Shown: piece after piece, positions 1 through 11,552 of the stretch
How the letters are laid out: every line of letters starts with the position of its first letter
Position numbering within the stretch: position 1 is the stretch's first letter
Source of the DNA: Catajapyx aquilonaris
Lineage: Eukaryota
Length of the DNA stretch: 64,000 bases
Direction: 5' to 3'
NCBI GenBank assembly: GCA_000934665.2
Contig: KZ538060.1
Location: 1-64,000, forward strand
Notes under the pieces: model-generated
The model's database searches: none
What the model was told of the DNA's origin: nothing
The model's input: only the letters and a program-made list of their open reading frames with translations
Made by a program: the position numbers and the translations under genes

Positions 1-1438
1 TTTGCAGCATTTTATACCGTTTTTCCAAGTGTAGTACCGCTCCGACTAGCACGACGGCACCGCGCTAAGAGCGCTATGAAATATTTTGACAGTTTTTTAA
101 CAGATGATCACACAAACATGCCAGTGACATCGTTGTAAAGGTGAGAATGCGAGGAAACCTTTTCCGTCCTACACATTTTGTCGAGTCTGCTGTGCGGAAC
201 TGATTGTTTTCATGTTTTCGAAAGTGGAAGGAGAAAATTCAAACTTGGCGGGCGTTTTCACGGTGACCTTGACCTGAAGGTGATATGATGACCTGGTAGT
301 CACGTTGTACATCCAATTGTAAACATTTTAAGAGGAATCCGAGAAATATCGGACGAGTAGTTTAGATTTTATAGCCAATTCCAAAGCGAGTGTCACTTAT
401 GTACTTCTTGAGCAAAAAAAAAAACATGACGCGGACAGGGGAGAGTCGGGGACTTTTGATATGTTGTTCAGCATGGCAAACAGAGCCTGTGTGCAAATTT
501 TCAGCTTTACATTATTTTTGTCCGGGTAAAAACCTAAAACGCCTGGGCTATATGGAGATGTTGAGGTGGCAGGCAGGATTGTCAGGAAGTGTTGAGAGTC
601 TCAACGACTTTTGTCATATAAGTTCTGGACGTACGTAGAAAAGGCATGGTGGGAATATTGTCATGGTACAGAGAGAGGAGCGGATCCTTACCTCTTGGGC
701 GTTGGAAAGATTTTTTTGGAAGGGGTTAAGGTTCGTACACAGTTGAGAAGAGAGAGATGATTTCTGATTAGTTTTATCTTGTGAAAGATGGCTGCTTAGT
801 TGGTTGCTTGGTTAATTTCTTTCCGACCAAATTTCATTATCACAAGTCCCTTCTTCATGACATCTGTCTAAGTTCTCAAATGTATAAGGTGGTTAGAAGT
901 GATTATATTCGCTACCCGGCTGTACCCAGGACCCACCACGTGGAGGTGGTCGCGTTGTTCGGGTAATATACCCATGCCCACTCAATCACTTTCCCATGTG
1001 GACACAAGTCTCCTCAAAATACTACTCTAGTATTGCAGGGACAAGAAATAAGATCATGGCCTCTCTCATCATCCTGGTACATGATGGTGAGAGAAAGGGA
1101 AGAAAGTCGGTTATTGGGAGTGAGAATAACACTAAAGTCATACATCATACGGACGTCGTATGCCTATGTGGTAAGTGGTTGCCGTTCGAATCAACGGGAG
1201 GAGAAAGGGGGCAACACCAAAGCCAAACTGGACCGGCAAGGACGAACCGCGGGGTTTACGAAGCCTGCGTGAATTATAAATGCATTAACTTACCAAAATC
1301 AAGATAGTTTCAGTTTAGTTGAAGGGTGCAAGAGGACTGATGACACGAATATCGAATGGAATTCATACGAACATGATAGAGTAATCGTATCTAAGACAAA
1401 TTCAATAATATTTGATGGTTGGCAACAACAGTCATAAT

Positions 1439-1942
1439 CAAAGAGTTCTGCTATATTAGGCGTATTCGGCAATTCAGATTTATCTGAGATGGGTCACGTG
1501 ATATCTGAGTTGTTAGCCCTGCCCCTCAGAAGATTATTGCCGAACGGCCGAACTGAGAGACCCCCCTACCCGCCTGTGCTGCATCCCAGTGATATGCCAA
1601 TGTTCGGGTATTTCGGTGCCGTATTTCGGACGCTTGCGGGTAATGGTGCGGGTAAAATGAAAATGCGGGTAAAATCGTGTATTTTCAGGTCCTCTCGCGG
1701 GTTTTTTGGGCATTTTGCATTGGCAACACTGCTGCATCCATAACACGAATTTGTTGACCGCCGTGTTTCTCAGCAAGTAAGTGAGGTCAGTAGTACACTA
1801 AGTTCCTGAGCTTGGGAAGTCAGGTAGGGCGCATGCGCACTTACTTCAGGGGGCGTGGCACCTGATTTGCCGAACATCCAAACAAGCCCAGGAAGTCAGA
1901 TTCCTGAATTGCCGAATACGCCTATAATAGCAGAACTCTTTA
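1439..1942. mobile_element. Non-autonomous DNA transposon (MITE) with ~38-bp TIRs
   Basis: Left end AAAGAGTTCTGCTATATTAGGCGTATTCGGCAATTCAG (1440-1477) is a near-perfect reverse complement of the right end (~1904-1941). Flanking direct repeat GTCATAAT at 1431-1438 and 1943-1950 (extendable to the 10-bp AGTCATAATC if the element is 1440-1941). No transposase ORF; superfamily not resolved. Confidence 0.85.
1587..1731. mobile_element. hAT-type MITE nested in the 1439-1942 element
   Basis: Termini CAGTGATATGCCAATG ... CATTGGCAACACTG; perfect 8-bp TSD CTGCATCC at 1579-1586 and 1732-1739. Confidence 0.8.
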
Positions 1943-2438
1943 GTCATAATCCAGGGTCACCTACATGAGTGCCACCCCCACCTAGACAGGGTATTGTCTC
2001 TCCGCCATATTGGAGCTAAATCAGATAGGAAAATTGCATAGGAAAAAAAACAACTGAAAAAAACAAAAACGAATCGCTTGCCAATTCCCTATCCTGCAGC
2101 ATGGGGCGGCCATATTGGAGCTAGATTGCATAAGGACTACGTGAAGACAATGCCCGGGTTAGGGTGGGGGAGGCACTCTGTTGACCTAAGGAGGATACCG
2201 TGGAAACTGAATGAAAAATAATAACAAGTTGAATGAATGAAATGTTTATTTAATAATAATGTAATGAAAATAAGGTAAAGCATATATTTATTTAAGCAGT
2301 TAGCGTACGTAATTCCGCATAAAGTGTAGAGATGATATTTACACAAAATAATATTCTAAATAATATGTGACTATTGTCACACATGGATTCCAGTTACACG
2401 CATTGCTGCTCATAATGAATTATTCATCTATAATTTTA

Positions 2439-2539
2439 CTAGCAGCGGTACCCGTTCTTCGCACGGGGAAAAAAGAGCGTGGATAATTATTATTACACCG
2501 AAATCTTCTTATTCTTCTTATCTTAATCTTCTTATTAGA
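2439..2539 (-). mobile_element. Short non-autonomous Helitron-like element
   Basis: On the minus strand the 3' end is CTAG followed by T (2438-2442), preceded by a CCCGT...ACGGG hairpin. Putative 5' end A|TCTAATAAG at 2539; this boundary is uncertain. Confidence 0.5.
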
Positions 2540-3217
2540 TCTCAAGCAATATTAAATGCAAAACTGCTCATTCCATTGCATATTCAGGCACTGGAAGGGT
2601 GTAAAAATTCTGGTTTGTTTGCGTAATAAAGAGCCACGCAACTATGGCTATGTGGTTATCAGAATACAAAACGGTGGGACAGATGGAGAGAGAAACGAAG
2701 AGGAAAAAGAAGAGAGGAAAGACTGGTATCCCTCCTATCCCAAAGACCTGTCCAACTTGGGCGGCCCTATACCAGTAGACGAAACTACCGCCGCCTGGCC
2801 GCCATAGCTCTTCAGGATCATGGGAAAACGAAAGCCCATCACCAAGGCAAGGTGGAGATACATTGGGGGGAGGGGACATAAAAAATACGGATAAAAAAAT
2901 TCGGGGAAGTGCAAAATTTGAAACCATTTACAGGCCTGTTTCTATGGTAATCACCAACAAAATTATGTTGCCACAGGCAAACAAATTTTATTTTTTTGCC
3001 TTACATACGTAGATTATCAAAATATGTTATTTATTAATTAATTTATAGCAGCAAACCCGTGTGTAGTGTCTGGTACATAATTATGTTGAACTTGGTGTCA
3101 GTCAACGTACACAGAAGTAATCGAAAGCCGAGGGATAATATGGACAGTGTTATGCATTAATGGGTCAACCCACAAAAATGTCATAATTGAGCCAAGCCCA
3201 GGAACATACACCCAAAG

Positions 3218-3433
3218 CAGAGGTTCTTAACCTTTTCGGGCCTCCGCACCCCTTTGTAGACAATATATTGGTCCTTGTCCCCAGCATTTACCAGGGGTGA
3301 TTGATTAAGTTCATAGTAAGACCAGTTATTAGCTCTTGGTTAGATTAAGTCCAGAGGTGCACCTTGCTCGCATCCCCAGGGAAGCCACCTCGCACCCCCT
3401 GGAGGTGCGGGAACCCCAGGCTAAGAACCGCTG
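3218..3433. mobile_element. hAT/Charlie-like MITE
   Basis: Termini CAGAGGTTCTTAACCT ... AGGCTAAGAACCGCTG; degenerate 8-bp TSD ACCCAAAG / ACCTATAG (6/8); internal GCACCCC motifs. Confidence 0.7.
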
Positions 3434-3486
3434 ACCTATAGGAATTGCATACTTGTGTACTTAACAAATTGTGCTAAACGCCAAAC

Positions 3487-3774
3487 TGAACTGAATGATG
3501 AATTGAATTGAAAATGGAATTGAATTGGAATTGGAATTGAATGGGAATTGGAATTGGAATTGGAATTGGAATTGAAAATGGAATTGAATTGAAATTGAAT
3601 TGAAATTGAATTGAATTGAATTGAAAAGTTAACGACTTGAAACTGAATTGAATTGAATTGAATTGTGAGAATTGAAGTCGAAAGGAAATGAATTGATTCC
3701 AATCCGCAAGCTGCAAGTTGTTGATGGAGTCGAATTGAATAAATTCATTTTAAAATGAATTATGCCCATCACTG
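3487..3774. repeat. (GAATT)n/(GGAATT)n tandem array ending in a hAT-like terminus
   Basis: Dozens of GAATT/GGAATT units, densest at 3500-3675. Right end AATTATGCCCATCACTG (reverse complement CAGTGATGGGC...) resembles a hAT TIR; no convincing left TIR. Confidence 0.8.
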
Positions 3775-6664
3775 ATGATTATCATTAAGTAAATCATAAT
3801 AATTGACAAAATGATGCAAGTCTGGTGGCTAATTTTCTTTAAACATTACAAATAATTCTGAACCAATTAATACCTGAGTCGTTCAATAATTTTTCAAAGA
3901 TTTTGTCAATTATTATGATTACTATTACTTAATGGTAATCATTGGAAAATTATTGGTTCAGAATTTGTAATAAGAAAATTAGTCACCAGACTTACATCAC
4001 GAGTTAATCCTGTTTACTGGGCCAAAAAATACCCAATGAATGTTCGTTCAAGACACTAGCGAGATATGCATGAGCGGTGTACCTTCAATTTCGATAATTT
4101 TTATCTCGACCAATTATGAATATATTGCCCATCGACATTTTTACGGGATAATTAACATAAAGGACTATATATTTATGTAAGGAAAAAAGTAAAAAGAAAT
4201 AAAAATAGCGATTTTGGAAAAGTAAAGTTAAAGTTTAAAATTTAGCGTAAATTCTTATAGATATTACATAAAAATATATTTGGTGGCCTACGTCTATTCT
4301 GTGCACATCTCCAATTAATTTAAGTCCCTATGTACATCTCTCTACGATCGATATTAAGGGAGATATCGTCACTTTTCGGATACCGCACAGCGCCAAAAAC
4401 GATAAAATCGACAATCTTTCGTCGCCCGTTGTTCCGTTGCTATTTTTTTTCGGATGAATGGCCTGGGCCACATTTGTTTGGGGTGGAGTACTTCCATTTA
4501 AAAAAGTCTGAACGAAATTCGAGGTACCAAGGGCTAATATCGTGCCGAACTGACGTGGAATGACCCATAGGGGATCGGGCACTGCATCACGTCGGGTCGG
4601 ATACGTGTTCAAAATATGAAGGCTGTACTTGCAACGGTTTTTGAGATATGCTTGACAGAAAAACGTCCTCCCAACAACAAGAACAAGGAAAATTCTCATT
4701 GTTGTTTTTACACGAGGATCTTACTTATAGGGACTATCGTCCCTACAATAAGTGCGGCAGTTGGCAGCTCAAGTCACTCGAAGAACCATAATTGCGTTGG
4801 GGGCAGGCGATGAAATGAGATGACCACGTTGGTTGTTGGGAGTGTCTCAGCCAAATGAGTTGTCCATCGCAGCATGAAGTCACGTCTCCAGAGCAGCACA
4901 GATGTTTGAGGCTGCTTCTGTAAAGGGCGGATTGTATGAGATCAAAATGTCAAGCAACAAGTTACTAATAAACTATGGAACTATGGTCTCTTTTAGCAGT
5001 AAAGAGTACAATTTCGTACCAACTAAAGGGGATATTCCACACCTCCAAATTTTCAGGAAAAATGCAAATTATTTGCTATTTACACAGCACTCGAGCAAAG
5101 GTAGACTGCACCTTCATGTAATAATACATATCAAGTTGGTCTTCAAAGACAACAATTTTTTATTTGATGGTTTCATTGCAAAATATTCGCCATCTTTTTG
5201 AACTAGTATATAGTACGTAATAAGCTCATTACATGTATAAAAAATGACCCTAAACCTATATTGCACCATTCAAGTGATCAGGACAGAACAGGCAGTCATT
5301 TGGAAAGTAGAACTACCATTATCTAGGCCTACTATATACACAGGCCAATTATTGTTTTTTAAAAACCTGCCAACTGATGGAAGGATTTTACTGATTTGCA
5401 TGGCCTTCTGCTCAAACAGCACATCCCAATAACCAATGATGGGATAATTGTCCAACAGAAGCAGGCCACTATTACTGCTGACGTTACATGCACAGCATGA
5501 CTCCAACAATGTCAACAGCACAACTACCCCAAGGCTTGTGACTTCAGTGCTTCATTTTATCATGAGTCGGGAATTTTCGAAACCCATCCCTTGTTGCCCT
5601 CATTCAAGTTCAGATTCAGCTGCCATGTTTAATGTCACCAGCATGAGAGAAATGCTCACCAGATACAGATAGTAATGGTTGTGTCCGAAGACCATCGAGA
5701 TGCTGGATGCTGCGATGAAAGACCAATGCTGATGTAGTCATTGTAGAGGATGCTGGTGATGCTTGCTTAGGGCTGTGAAGGCGGCAGCAGCAAGGTAATG
5801 CAGACCTGTCAGACCATAATCTCAAGGCTGCACCTGCATGAAAATAAAAGCATTTTGTAAAATAACGCATGTCAAACCACAATTACTCGAGTGCAAATTT
5901 TGATATAACAATTATATCAAAATTTCGTAATTATTATGAATGTCTGCAGAAGACAGCACAACTGTCCTATGTTCAACTCAGCCCATCAGCCAACAATCAA
6001 TTCAACAGTAATGTCCCCAAACGGACAATTAGTCCTATAACGAGGTACCATTATACAATTCCTGGTGTTCACAAATTTTGAATGGATCCAAGAAACGGGC
6101 ACTATTGCATTAAATATGAAATATTGCTGTTTACAAACAGGCATTTTGAATGAAATTAAATTTTTGTAAAATATGGCAATATAATAGGACTGATTTTCTA
6201 AATAACCAACAATTTATTATTCAGCTAACGCCAGGTAACAATGCAAATTTACCAACCGCCACCATTATACGTCGGTGATCTGGCGTAAAATGGCGTACTT
6301 AGTGCCTCTGGGGTCGTAGCACAATGTCAAAGCAAATTGGGCAATTTAATCTCAATTTTCTAGCGGGTTTTCTTTTAATTCCCATTACATTGTGGAGACT
6401 AGGCATGATTGATGCAATTTGACTGATGGGTGCTAGAAATTCATCTTATTCGGTATACTCACGATTGCACTTTCTTAAACATCTTTACTCGAACCACTAC
6501 CCTGCTATGTACAGACAGCGTCCAAAATACTTGGGACAGCTCAAGACTGCTCAAGGCTGTGTGAATTCCATTTTAACTATTTATTTGCAATTTTATACAA
6601 GAAATTGACACTTACAGCTAATAAGCTGCTGTTTAGTAGCTGCTTATTGAATATAAGGAACACC

Positions 6665-7110
6665 ATAATTGAAATCGCGATATCTTTGAAATCGAAGCAG
6701 CACAAACGGCCATAGTCGAGCACAAATGAGCACAAACAGGGCACAAAACTATTCGCCCAGTTGAAATTTTGAAATTCGCTAAGCTATAGCGTTGTTGTGA
6801 CCAGCGTTAACTTGGCCACACCACAATATTGACCTCGCTGTATATCTCGAGAACGGTTCCAGCACAAACGCCCATATTCGAGAACAAATCAGCACAAACG
6901 TAGCACAAACGATTGGCACCGTTGAAATATCGAAACTCGAAAGTGGTTGGGCTACCGTTAAACTGGCCCAACCAAATTGAAATCGCGATAACTCTGAAAC
7001 TAATCCAGCACAAACGCCCATATTCGAGCACAAATCAGCACAAACGTAGCACAAACGATTGCCATCGTTGAAATTTTAAAATTCGAAAGTGGTTGGGCCA
7101 GTTTAACGGT
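6665..7110. repeat. Three ~150-bp tandem units rich in AGCACAAAC; last unit bounded by 21-bp inverted repeats
   Basis: Units share CAGCACAAACG(C/G)CCATA.TCGAG.ACAAAT.AGCACAAAC. ACCGTTAAACTGGCCCAACCA (6954-6974) is the exact reverse complement of 7090-7110. Confidence 0.8.
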
Positions 7111-7232
7111 TTTTGGAGCCGCATTCTATGGTCATTTCAAATGTGAAAAATGGCAAATTCTCAACTTTCAATCCGATTTCTACCACTCAGAGGACAGATA
7201 GCCTATTCAAAAACTGAGTTTCATTTCTTCAC

Positions 7233-7872
7233 CAACGGCGGCGGAACGTATTTCTATTTGGGGGGGGCATGGGAGAAACTATTCTGTATTAATACCCCCC
7301 CCCCCCGCTTGTTTTCAAAGCGTACATAGCGTTTTTGACTTAACAAAAATGCCGAAATGCGAATGGTTCAGAAAATGCCCATAAGACATTGTGGCCGCTT
7401 CTGGTTTTCTACTCCGCGATGTGGGCTAGTAATAACCTTATTGTGGTTTGGCAAATTGGTGAAAGGAAGTGCAGAAATGATTTTTTGAGCTCCTGAACGG
7501 CCCCTGGGTAGAAAGATATGATGGTTAGGGGGTTAGGCGTTAGGGGGTTAGGCGTTATAGGGGGTGAGAGATGGAGACCTTTGAGTTGGTGTTCCCCCTC
7601 TCGATGAGCGTTTCCGATCAGTATAGCGTCTGGGACAGTTCCAAAGACTATGTGTGTTACATGATGGTGTGAGTTTTGTATGAAACAAGGCCGCGCGATA
7701 GCGCGGCCGTAAGAAAAAATCACGGTTAGAATGAAATCGGAAGTGATTACTGAGGTGATCTGAGGTGATACACTTGGTGCTGCCACCTGCCTGCCCCCCT
7801 CTGCCCCCCCCCCGGCCCACTCCCGAGGGGGGGGCATTGCCCCCCCTGCCCCCCCCCGTTCCGCCGGGCCTG
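7233..7872. mobile_element. hAT-type MITE
   Basis: Termini CAACGGCGGCGGAACG ... CGTTCCGCCGGGCCTG; perfect 8-bp TSD TTCTTCAC at 7225-7232 and 7873-7880; G/C runs near both ends. Confidence 0.85.
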
Positions 7873-8090
7873 TTCTTCACATCAATATTTTTCCAAATGC
7901 CATTGCAACTTTATTGCACTAAGCTGCTTTATTAGCCAGTTACTCTTGCAGAGTAACTCGTAGTGGTTATTAACAAAAGTATTAGCTGCTAATATTAGGC
8001 CGAATGGAATCACACATCTAAGCTCTAAATTTCAAAGCAATGAATTTCTGATTGCAAAATGTCAAAATGCAAAAAAATGGCATCAACCTT

Positions 8091-8557
8091 CATCATCATC
8101 ATCATTTACTTCACGGCAAAATAATCCCATAGAGGGGTAGCCAGCGGAGTACAGGTTGCCCCTGTCCCCCTCGTATGACCTACAAAATGACACTCTGGTG
8201 GATGGTCAGGCCACGCAGAGGTTAATGAAAGGGATGAATATGATATAAATGATATGAACACATATACACAAAACGTACAATCATGCAATGTAAACAACTA
8301 GTGAGCAGCTGAACGCAGGCGACGGTGTATTGGCCATGATGGAGCAGGAACACCCAGAACTTGCGACTGTTCAGACGGGCAGCTGGTCACTGACTGGAGT
8401 GTTGACAGGGGCGACGTAAACAACCAATCCCCCAGGCAGACTCTATCTCACCGGGCGGTGTTGTTGACAGCAGTCTCCCAGGCGACGGTGTATTGGCCAT
8501 GATGGAGCAGGAACACCCAGAACTTGCGACTGTTCAGACGGGCAGCTGGTCACTGAC
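8091..8557 (-). mobile_element. Retroposed insertion (SINE or 5'-truncated LINE 3' end) with (ATG)n tail
   Basis: 13-bp direct repeat TGGCATCAACCTT at 8078-8090 and 8558-8570; (CAT)5 immediately inside the left copy is an (ATG)n tail on the minus strand; internal identical 82-bp duplication at 8316-8397 and 8479-8560. Confidence 0.7.
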
Positions 8558-9330
8558 TGGCATCAACCTTGACTGATGGAATTCACATTTTCAGCCTTAG
8601 GATGGGTACAGGCAACCTAGACATACGGTAGTAGTAGCAGCTAATGATTTTGATAACCACTAAAAATATGCAAAAGTCACTGCAAGTGCCACAAGAGTCA
8701 ACGAGCTCCCTCAACGACACACTGAAGGACTGGAGAAGTGTGACACACTGCCATTTCAAACCCCCCGCTCAACCTTCCACAGGAGCAGTGTTGCCAGGTG
8801 GAGAGAACACATCTTGACCTGTTACACTTACGCTTTTAGATAACTATTTAATAATTTTACAATTTATTACCACTTTGTATGTAATATATAACACTAATTA
8901 TTATACTTTGATATGTCACCCTGACGACCTCCAACATGGCAGGTGTTCCAACATGGCAGCCAGTCAATGGTCTTCCACCAGTAGTTGATGGTCTTCCGGT
9001 CTTCCGGGTTCGTCACCCTCCCAAGAAATACCTCTGAGAGTGGAGGACAGCACGGCGGCCACCTCTGCGGTACTGTGGGTACGGCATCTCTCTGGAACAA
9101 AGGTGAATTTGAGGTGCCACAGGCGCTGCAGTGCCAAGTAGTTAACAATGACAGTGACACATGCACTGCAAATAAAGTGTCCTTATGTACTCTGCACCTT
9201 CCTGAGATATGTTCTCATGGATGTGATGTAATTAGCCTTGTGCACATGATTTGAATCCCAATTATTAGACCATTTGAAGGGTTGCCATGTTGCGCACTAA
9301 GCATTGATGTGATTTAATTATTGATTTCAG

Positions 9331-9808
9331 TGTCTGTTCAGTGAGCGTTGTGGATCACTGTGGGACTCCCGACAGAGCTGTCTATCCAGGAAAAAGTGCA
9401 GTAGCACCCTTTGACTGACTCCAGACACCACGACAGCCACTACTCACCCATCCAACTGCAGCTGCGACTCATGTAATGGACAATGGTGCAGTGTAAACCT
9501 GCCTGACAACTACCCTTCCGATCAGGCTCATTTGCTCTGTCTAGTGAGTGTCGCATAAAAATTGTGATGGAAGTACTAATGCTTGGTGATTATTTTCAAG
9601 TGTGGGAACCTGTGACGGATAACCATGTGGACAACCCAACCCTAGGAGTTGGAAACCTACCCACTTGAGAATAAAGTTCAGTCCAAAGAAGACCATACGG
9701 AGGAGAGAGTATAAAGGTAAAGAAGTCCCTCATTTAATTAAATTAATAATAAAAGACTGCCTGGATTTCAGGTCAAGGCGAACAAGGACTACATTGCGGA
9801 CCTGCATC
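9331..9808 (+). other. Putative spliced 5' UTR of the TIGD-like gene (exons 9331-9543, 9601-9716, 9772 onward)
   Basis: Acceptor TTGATTTCAG at 9330; donor GTGAGT at 9544; 57-nt intron with branch-like TACTAAT and TTTTCAAG acceptor; donor GTAAAG at 9717; 55-nt intron ending GGATTTCAG at 9771. Intron sizes match those of the VPS13 gene in this window. The TSS was not located. Confidence 0.55.
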
Positions 9809-11401
9809 ATGGACGAGAAGAGTCAGACAGTTGACAGTGAGATGACGACGGCCAAGAAGGCTTGCAGCAAGTTCAAGAGACGCTCGTTTACTCTTGCTGA
9901 AAAGGTGACAATCATTCGCCAAATTGAAAGCGGACAGAGTCAGGTGAACGTTGGAAGAACATATGGTATCCATAAGGCAACTGTTTCCACCATGTGGAAG
10001 AATAAGGATGAAATCATCAGGGCCTTTGAAGACAGCAACCCAAAGTGCAAGAAACGGCGGCGCCCTGCTAGAGAAAACATTGATGAAGCCCTTCTGAAGT
10101 GGTACCAGGTGCAGAGGTGTAACAACATCCCGACCAGTGGACGGCTTCTAAAATTGAAGGCAGAAGAACTGGGAAAACTATTTGGTGAGAGTGATTTTGT
10201 CTGCTCTGAAGGCTGGATGGACAGATTTAAAACCCGACACAACATTAGCTTCAGCAAGATGAGTGGTGAAGGAGGAAGTTTACTGGACGAAACAGTCAAA
10301 GAGTGGCTTGCACAGTGGCCACAAATGCGCGGAGCATACTCCGATGATGACATTTTCAATGCCGATGAAACCGGACTGTTTTACCGTATGTTGCCTGACA
10401 AAACAGTTGAATTCAAAGGTGAAAGGTGTATTAATGGTGAACTTTCTGAAGAGAGACTGACAGTTCTGGTGTGTGCGAATATGTCGGGCAACCAAAAGCG
10501 GCGGCTTCTGGTGATTGGGAAATCTCAAAATCCGAAATGCTTTATGAAAGTGAAAAATCTTCCAGTTTGCTGGAAATCCAACAAGTGTGCATGGATGACG
10601 TCAGAGCTGTTCGAAGAAGAACTGCAAGAGTGGGACCGAGAACTCCAACTTCAGGAGAGAAGAATCTTACTTGTACTGGACCACTGCAATGCTCACCCCC
10701 GATTGGACCACCTGGAAAACATCAAGCTAGTTTTCTTCCCTGCAGGAACCCCTTCTGAGATGCAACCTATGGGCAAGGGTGTGATCCACAGTCTCAAGTG
10801 CCACTTTAAAAAGCTATTGATTCTCCAGCTTATCCAGGCAATAGATAAAAAGGTAGAGTTTAGCATGAATGTGTTGGACGCTGTCCGGATGCTAAACAAA
10901 GCGTGGGAAAGAGTGTCGGGAACCACGATTGCAAGAGCTTTCCATTATGCAGGTCTTCAATCATCGGAGGTCAATGAGGATGTTGAAGAAAATGAAGATG
11001 ATCTTTCTCTTGCTGACTGGGCAAGGTGGCATAGCATTAAAGAATTTGAAGGTGTTTCTGACCTGGATGCTTTTGAGATAATGGATCAAGATCTCATTAC
11101 AACAGAGGTACCGACTGAAAGTGACATTGTAATGGAAGTGAAAAAAACACAGCAGGATTTAGGCCTATTAAAAAGTGAAGACACTGACGAAGAAGATACA
11201 GCTGACTTCGAAGATGACTCGCTGCCAACAGTAGGTGAAGCTTTGCAGGCGATGAAAATTATCTCCCAATTTTTTGAATACCAAGATGCAGCAGACGAAG
11301 TCAAGGAGCGGGCCAGCAAACTGGAGCGTGACATGGAGGAGGTATATTTGGCAAGAAGGAGGTGGCAGAAGGAAATGACAGAATATTTTGTTACTCAATA
11401 A
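9809..11401 (+). CDS. Tigger/pogo transposase-derived protein (TIGD/CENP-B family; HTH_psq-like + HTH_Tnp_Tc5 + DDE_1), 530 aa
   Basis: Intact ORF from the first ATG at 9809 (the track's 9665 start is a TTG upstream of a predicted intron). N-terminal KRRSFTLAEKVTII..TVSTMWKNKDEI; second HTH IDEALLKWY..SEGWMDRFKTRHNI; catalytic region IFNADETGLFYRMLP, KCAWMT, VLDHCNAH, QPMGKGVI; acidic C-terminal region. Confidence 0.9.
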   Translation: MDEKSQTVDSEMTTAKKACSKFKRRSFTLAEKVTIIRQIESGQSQVNVGRTYGIHKATVSTMWKNKDEIIRAFEDSNPKCKKRRRPARENIDEALLKWYQVQRCNNIPTSGRLLKLKAEELGKLFGESDFVCSEGWMDRFKTRHNISFSKMSGEGGSLLDETVKEWLAQWPQMRGAYSDDDIFNADETGLFYRMLPDKTVEFKGERCINGELSEERLTVLVCANMSGNQKRRLLVIGKSQNPKCFMKVKNLPVCWKSNKCAWMTSELFEEELQEWDRELQLQERRILLVLDHCNAHPRLDHLENIKLVFFPAGTPSEMQPMGKGVIHSLKCHFKKLLILQLIQAIDKKVEFSMNVLDAVRMLNKAWERVSGTTIARAFHYAGLQSSEVNEDVEENEDDLSLADWARWHSIKEFEGVSDLDAFEIMDQDLITTEVPTESDIVMEVKKTQQDLGLLKSEDTDEEDTADFEDDSLPTVGEALQAMKIISQFFEYQDAADEVKERASKLERDMEEVYLARRRWQKEMTEYFVTQ

Positions 11402-11552
11402 TTTGCAGAGTAGCTAATTTTGTATTTTCATTACTCAGTGTGTAGTAGTGTGCATTAAATGGCCTGGTTGGAAATGGTGTATGCTTGTTGCAAAAGTGGC
11501 TCTTTGGATGTACGAAACTCAGTTAGACTGTTAGAGGATACTGATTTCCGCT

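Noticed and set aside
5540..5615. Box C/D snoRNA on the minus strand
   Set aside because: CTGA and a short terminal stem are present, but box C is poor and I recognised no rRNA or snRNA guide.
9185..9300. H/ACA snoRNA (two hairpins) upstream of the TIGD leader
   Set aside because: No properly placed H (ANANNA) box on either strand.
9665..9808. 48-aa N-terminal extension of the transposase in the ORF track
   Set aside because: It starts at TTG and runs through a predicted 55-nt intron; the first ATG is at 9809.
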